Assembly (NCBI GenBank): GCA_038087875.1
Contig: JAXLNO010000305.1
Coordinates: forward strand, 1-64,000
Reading direction: 5' to 3'
DNA length: 64,000 bases
DNA from: Malacoraja senta
Taxonomy: Eukaryota
Shown: positions 61,300 through 64,000 of the stretch, piece by piece
How the letters are laid out: every line of letters starts with the position of its first letter
Position numbering within the stretch: the stretch's first letter is position 1
Position numbers and translations under genes: made by a program
The notes under the pieces: model-generated
The model's input: only the letters and a program-made list of their open reading frames with translations
The model's database searches: none
Told to the model about the DNA's origin: nothing

Positions 61300-62900
61300 T
61301 TGTTGATGAAGACAGTCATTTGATGTCAAGAAATGACACTGCCATTACAACCCTAAGATGGCTAATGAGACCACGCAATTTGTGAACTGATACAATCTTT
61401 CCAATGTTCAACAGATGCGTGTTTGTCGATGGTCTTTATTATGGAAAGGTTAGTGTAATGCCCCATCTCTTATACTTACCAATTAATGAGTTAAAAATGG
61501 CTTGGAGCACTGCATATGCAAATCAAGCATCTGTGCACTGCATCTTGTGTAACAGTTTGGAGTTTTTTTGGTTCTGGGATGAAGCTGATGTAGATGGAGC
61601 AGGTTGCATTCATGCTATACATTACTTCCAGTGGGAAGCAATGCAATTTTGCATTGAGTTTGGAACAGTTAAATGGCCTGCATGAACTCCTGCACATTCG
61701 ATTGGGCCTGTGAATGTCCTGGTTGTCAGAATTGTAGTCTGCATGCTATCAGGTAGCATATACCGAATAGAAACTCATTTTTGATGACCACCAAATTGGG
61801 AGGATTCGCCACACTCCCTCTCCATTTGAGCCAAAGATGTTATATCAGATCAAAAAGGTCATGTCTTGTGGGTGTTATGCCCGGCATTTCCCTTGGTGCA
61901 GCTGGGCATTGGGGATCCGTTGCACCTCGTGATGTTCTGGGATCTGTTCTTCGTCCACGGAGTAAAGTTGTTTGATAGGTTTGAAAAAGTGGGGTCCATC
62001 TTTGAGATGGGGTTAAGAACAGTATCCGAGCTGAGGAGATTTTTTAAATGCTCCTTCCAATGGATTATTGTGTCTGTTCTTGTTTCTTTGCTCCCAACTG
62101 AGTAAACTTCGGTCTTTGTGTTGTTGATGGTCTTAATGTAGTTAAAGATTCTGCATGTGTCTTGGACATCCTGCCAATTTTCCACCCATAATCTGTTCTT
62201 CAGGAAGTGAAGTGTTTGTGTACATTGGACTTCACTGCCTGTAGTTCCAATCAAGAGAACTTTGTTTAATTTTAATTTGTTCCCGGATCTTTTGGTTTTC
62301 ACTGCACCAATCTTGTTTTCTTTCGGAGAAGCCAAGATTATTTTGTTCAGTTATTAATTGTATTTCAGCAACCTCTGGCTCAGCTCGAGCACAAACAGTA
62401 ACCTGTGCTCATGACTGTACATACGTGGATAATGCCAAGGGGGATTCCTGAAAGGGCCAGACTAATCCTGCTTATGACTTTGTTGCATGATTGGAAAGAA
62501 CTCGAGCCTTTGGAAAGGAAGGAGCTCGGAAAGTTAACTCCAGTGGAGTCATTGCTTTACCTTGGTGAATAACTAAATTATATTCAACATCCACTTTTGC
62601 CAAAGGGACAAGCACAAGATCTTGTGGAAACACCCTCAATCTGTACACTGGCAGCTGCTAGATTTTTGCCATTATCTGAGTGAGGAATTGCATGGACATC
62701 TGTGCAATGGTTGTAGTCGATGACTGCTGGACTGACCATCATTTGGTTTGCTCTGTTATTCAGCAGAATAGTCATCACTAGAAAATCCATGTGGAAAGGT
62801 TTCAAGGGGCTCTTGACACTTCACAGGCAGCATTGCAACTCCTACGCGACAAGAGATGCAAGATACCTGGTCAGCCTGAAGATTTATTGAGTGTTTGCCA
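61300..62900 (-). mobile_element. Highly degraded LINE, possibly RTE clade
   Basis: Minus-strand remnants IDY, WKEHLKNLL, PFNCSKLNAK, YKRWGITL in the expected ORF2 order. Confidence 0.45.
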
Positions 62901-63304
62901 ACTTGTATGGCATGCTGAGAAACTGAACATGCAATGAAACCTATTCTATATCACATTGCTCAATGTTGCATCCTCTTCAACTGAGTAGTAAAAATGTTAT
63001 ATTGTTTTATTAAATCAGCTTACTGTCAAGCACCAGTCTTAAAATATTGCAGACAATATTTAGTACAATTAGCAACAGTTTGAATTATCAGAATATGTTA
63101 CTTTATTTTAGGCATGAGTGTTAATTGTCGTATTTACTAAAATGAAACAATGAAATTCTTTCTTGTAGTAGCACAGCAACAAGTTTGTGTGTGCATAATA
63201 TAATAAACAAACTAAAGATTAATAAATTGTTAAAAATAACTATATAGTGCAAAATAAGTGCTAAATATAGTGCAAAGTCCCAAGTGCTGTCAAGATAGTT
63301 TGTT

Positions 63305-63720
63305 CAGTTTAGTTTATTGTCAAAAGCTTTTTGTTGCGTGCTAAACAGTCAGCAGAAAGACAATACATGATTACAATCAATCCATTTACAGTGTATAGAT
63401 AGATACATGATAAGGGAATAGCATTTAGTGCAAGGTGAAGCCAGCAAAGTCCAGTCAAGGAAAGTCCAAGGGACATCCAAGGTAGATAGTAGTTCAGCAC
63501 TGCTCTCTGGTTGTGGTAGGATGATTCAGTTGCCTGATAACAACTGGGAAGAAACTGTCCCTGAATCCGGTGGTGTGTGTTTTCACACTTCTATACCTTT
63601 TGCCTGATGGGAGAGAGGAGAAGAGAAGTGGCCAGGGTGCGACTCGTCCTCGATTATACTGTTGGCCTTGCCGAGGCAGCGTGAGGTATAAATGGAATCA
63701 ATAGAAGGGAGGTTGGTTTG
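63305..63720 (-). mobile_element. Rex1/Babar LINE 3' fragment
   Basis: Minus strand LPSIDSIYTSRCLGKANSIIEDESHPGH...PSGKRYRSVKT...FRDSFFP, then 3' UTR ending tgacaataaactaaac. Confidence 0.8.
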
Positions 63721-63924
63721 TGCTGTGTTTCCACTTTGAAGGAAATTACCTGAAATTCGGGAAATTCTGGTTGTCTTCGGGTAATTTTAGGGAAATTAAA
63801 TGATTTCGTGAAATTTCCCGGCCCGGTAATGCTTCCCCAACTGCGCGTATGCGACTGCTGCCCCAATGGCAAATGACCTTTGACAAATCCCATGATTCCT
63901 TGTGTTTTCAGAATACCGAACTTG

Positions 63925-64000
63925 CTTATTCCCACAACATCATACTTACCAATCTCTAACTGAACCTCAAGCTCATCCACTTTATTTCTTATACTTCGCA
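63925..64000 (-). mobile_element. CR1 endonuclease fragment at the window edge
   Basis: RSIRNKVDELEVQLEIGKYDVVGI, homologous to 478-550. Confidence 0.8.

Overview
Vertebrate nuclear DNA, most likely a cartilaginous fish (skate/ray-like; inferred from the V-SINE, CR1, Penelope and Rex/Babar repertoire and the septin sequence). The window holds the 5' half of a septin-2 gene on the + strand: six coding exons at 23402-23428, 41303-41528, 44738-44824, 45676-45799, 46310-46444 and 60597-60714, continuing past the window end. Its N-terminus carries an unusual Q6-LL-Q28 tract. Almost everything else is transposon sequence upstream of or within the gene: a CR1 LINE, a complete but frameshifted DIRS tyrosine-recombinase retrotransposon, a full-length L1 with both ORFs open and a TSD, two truncated L1s, an L2, a Passport-like Tc1, Penelope fragments with hammerhead-like cores, SINEs and MITEs. 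The most striking structure is an 11.3-kb head-to-tail stack of non-autonomous Helitrons (48.9-60.2 kb). The internal copies apparently lack their first four bases (TCTA), and a run of five TCTA units sits at the outer edge, suggesting repeated insertion into the element's own 5' end. All calls were made by eye, with no database searches.
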